NCBI RefSeq assembly: GCF_036321535.1
Contig: NC_087436.1
Location: 17,546,001 to 17,610,000, forward strand
DNA length: 64,000 nucleotides
DNA from: Camelus dromedarius
Lineage: Eukaryota
Direction of reading: 5' to 3'
The translations under genes were made by a program, and so were the position numbers. Each line of letters opens with the position of its first letter. Positions within the stretch are counted from its first letter, which is position 1. This document shows, one piece after another, positions 60,831-64,000 of the stretch. The notes under the pieces are model-generated. The model made no database searches and was not told the origin of the DNA. It worked only from the letters and a program-made list of their open reading frames with translations.

Positions 60831-63479
60831 TAACCAAATGATATTTGCTACAACTGGAATTTTATTTTAAGTGACTTACATAGGCATTTAATTTTCAATA
60901 GAGCATGGAAGAAAGCTCATTATTTCTTTAATATTTTAAGTGGCCTTTTCTAGATATCTCTTCTATTTCCTTATATAACTACTAGTACACATGCTATTCA
61001 TAGTTGTCTGCTGCACAAAGCATTTTCTGCCAACCTTTATGTCTGCTAAATCCAGTGAAACATCAATTGCCTTTTACATACTAGGTACTTCGAGAGCACG
61101 CAGCTATCCATTCAAGGTACAGCATTGTTTAACGCTCATGACCTCATAGGCACCATAATTCTGAAGCCCTAAGAAAAACTGAATAAACAGAAACATCAAT
61201 AAGATCAACCCCATTACAAAACAATGCATAGGACTCACATAGAAACATATACTGTATCGCTCAAATGTGGATAACAGCAAGTCCACAGGATTGTTTGGAG
61301 GATTAAAAGGCAACCCAGTATTGCCAATATAGTTGGTGCTCTGTAAATATTAAATAAATAAGTTGAGTAAGTGAGTGAATGAATGAGGGAGACATTATAT
61401 GGAAGCCACTGTTATCTTTGTCTGTGCAAGCTGTTCCAATTTGGGGTGATTGATTTTAAGCCTTAATAATTTCCAAACGTGCCAGGCGGCAGGCATGGGG
61501 AAGACACCACGGTCATGGCAGTGCTTGGACCTGGCTGGGTGAAGAGCACAGTACAGGCTGCCCTGTGCAGGGCAGGGCGCTGAGGAGCATTTTCTCCTTG
61601 CCCCACTGGCCTGTCTACCCTATGGGTGTGCAACCATGAGAAAGGCTACAACTATTATCCAGTTCATTGAAAAATGTTGACTAAAGAGAGGAATCATACA
61701 AATTTACTGCTGTACCTCAAATGTACTATTAATTACAAATATACACAGGTGCATTTATTAACAAATTTAATCATCCTCAACCCTCTTTTAAGTTGTTATA
61801 TAATTACTTTCTTGTACTACAAAAAGACAACATTCATTTTCTACATGAAGGTAAAAAATACATCTTCCTCTAACAAGGAAGTACTCCATAGTACCATCAG
61901 TTTATCTACCAAGTCCATTAGCAGAGTGGCTTTCCTCAGATGTTCCATTATAGTAAAATATGAAAGGTACCAGGCTTTGGAAGAAAAATACATTCTTTAG
62001 GCTTCAAATTCCAAGTCATATGTGATGAAAGATTAAGTTCAAGGTGTGGTAAAGAAATGAATTCTACTTCATTCCTTGCATATAAATCAGGTTTTATCAG
62101 GTATGGATTATGACTTAGAGAGAATGGACTACTCAACCCCTGAACTCATTTGTCATCCAGTTTTTCTCTAAAAGCCATGGACCCAAACGTAAAGCCAAAT
62201 GAGGCTGGTATTCATAACAGCTTTCTGGTAGTGCTGCATCCAGACTCGAATCAACTCGGAAGACAACCAGGTCAAAATGAAAAGAACTGAAGAATCTCCT
62301 TCTTGGGAATAGCATGCTATTGTGTAGCCAGAACCAATCAGCTAACAAGGCCAGTTATCATTAGAGATTATTATTTTATTATCTCTAGCTACTTTTGAAT
62401 ATTCAGATACAGATGATCCTATTTTTGTTCTAATTTGTTGTTTAGCTTTATAAACGTGCCAGAGGTTTATTTGACTGGGCATATGACATAAATGTAAAAT
62501 AATGGCACTACCCTAGTAAACAGCTTATTAAATAATGGATGGATATTCTCACACAGGCTTTAGAAGAGAACAAATAACGTTTTCCTCCATTAGGAATTCT
62601 ATCTAAAAGTCACAATTATTTTAAGTACTACATGCCAATCTTTTTCAGAAACGTTACCATTTTCCTCTGGTGTAAGATACCTCCCTTCAGCTCTCTGGAG
62701 TATAGAAAAGGACTTATTTAGAGAATTATAAATTCTGCCACCTCCATGGAAAGCCTGAATCCCTTAGTAGTCAAGCCAAGTTACTGATATCAGCAGAAAG
62801 TCACTCAGAACTCTTTCTGATTATCAAAGCTAGAGAGCCCGAAACAGTGTGGATCCAGGGAAGCGTGGTCCACAGGGTCCCACAAAAAATCAGAAAGTCA
62901 CTTTAAAGCTCAAAGTGCCCAGACACATCCTACTCAGTCTAGTCAGTAATTAACAAAACACTTACACCCCCCCACCCGAAGCGTGAGATGACCATATATG
63001 GTTGGGTTGCTCTGAGTTCACATTGCTTCCCTGATGAGTCCTTGGCCCTCAAGGACAGTGGGGCTTTTGTCTGTGATTTTTTTCCGTAATTATATAATTC
63101 ACTTTGTCATTTATTTACCAGCATTGCTTAGTATCCTCTGGATACACTATTTAACCGGGAGCTGTTTTAACATAGTAAGGCCATCTGTCTTCACTTGTAA
63201 ACCCTGAGAGATTAGGGATATGACCCCAAGGCTGAGCTACTTTGCTCCCAAAAGCAGGCTTGGCAAATTACCATGATCTTGGATCAAAGTGAAATGGTAT
63301 ATCCAACCAATGCAAGCTTCCAAGTTTAAAAAAAGCATAAAATGCTTAAATTACACATGAAAATCATAACAAATTCATATATTTTATATATTTGATCTAG
63401 GCTTCTGAATTATTGACATAAACCAGTGTTCATAATTCATAGTTCAATGTTCTGAACACTGGTTTTAAGTTTCTGCTTC

Positions 63480-64000
63480 TACTAGTTTTTTGCCACTTGT
63501 TTCCTTTTTATACCTTTTATGTTGGTATTGCTTTTGCTATTTCCCATTTTATTGATTTCTTCCCTTGTCTATTGCTTCTTTCTTTTTTCTTTGGATTTAT
63601 TTTGACACTCATTTCAACCAGCTTGAGTTGAATATTTAGTTCCTTTGCTTTTGTTTTTTTGTTGTCATTGTTATCTGCTTTTTGATAAATATATGTAATG
63701 TCAGAAAAGTTGCTTCTCATAATAATTTAACTGCATTTCACAAATCTTGATACATGTTCTTTTCATATCTATATAATTAATAATTTTGCATATGATTTTG
63801 TCTTTGAGTTATGTAATGTATAAATTATGTTTATAGTTTCAAATACACAAAACATTTTAGCTATATTTTTGTTATAAAGTTTAAATTTTATTCTTCTCTA
63901 AGTATATTATATGCATAGTATTAACTATCTGGAAGGCATTAAGTTTAATTTTTGGATTAATACTGGTCAATTTTTGTGAGCTCAAAAACAACATATACTC
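63480..64000 (-). mobile_element. Ancient L1 ORF2 fragment (region after the endonuclease), running off the right window edge
   Basis: ORF 63517-63720 (ELNIQLKLVE...INPKK...SIKWE) resembles the L1 ORF2 post-endonuclease segment. ttaactgcatttcacaaatcttgata parallels the antisense L1 sequence at 2265-2295. Confidence 0.68.

Noticed and set aside
61595..61612. Possible CTCF site (ggccagtgggggcaa on the minus strand)
   Set aside because: One base short of the CCASYAGRKGGC core spacing
1..64000. Minus-strand excess of L1 fragments as evidence for a plus-strand host gene
   Set aside because: About 7 minus versus 4 plus copies is too few to be informative
1..64000. CRISPR arrays, operons, rRNA/snRNA/miRNA genes, processed pseudogenes
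   Set aside because: This is mammalian DNA. I saw no regularly spaced repeat-spacer array, recognisable structural RNA or retrocopy by eye; an Rfam or BLASTX search could still reveal a weak one.

Overview
AT-rich mammalian genomic DNA, most likely a camelid (alpaca/llama/camel). That call rests on a tRNA-derived SINE at 51492-51614 and young L1 3' ends that I recognise as camelid-type. I found no recognisable protein-coding gene. Every ORF with recognisable homology is a decayed retroelement fragment (L1 ORF1/ORF2, ERVL gag-pro); the rest look like chance or microsatellite ORFs. The window holds an old L1M running off the left edge (1-5690, minus strand) with nested insertions, many MIR/L2/L1 fragments, MER21 and other ERVL/MaLR LTRs, an ERVL internal relic, Tigger and Charlie DNA transposons, and microsatellites. 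The main non-repeat feature is an isolated CpG island at about 35.1-36.0 kb with promoter-like motifs (two GC boxes, CCAAT, E2F, ETS, a degenerate RE1). Exon-like segments lie on both sides of it, and several repeat-free, motif-rich blocks resemble enhancers. This fits an intergenic or large-intron region with a possible lncRNA or alternative promoter. I cannot support a claim of a novel biological system. Repeat subfamily names come from my recall of consensus sequences, and most repeat boundaries are approximate.
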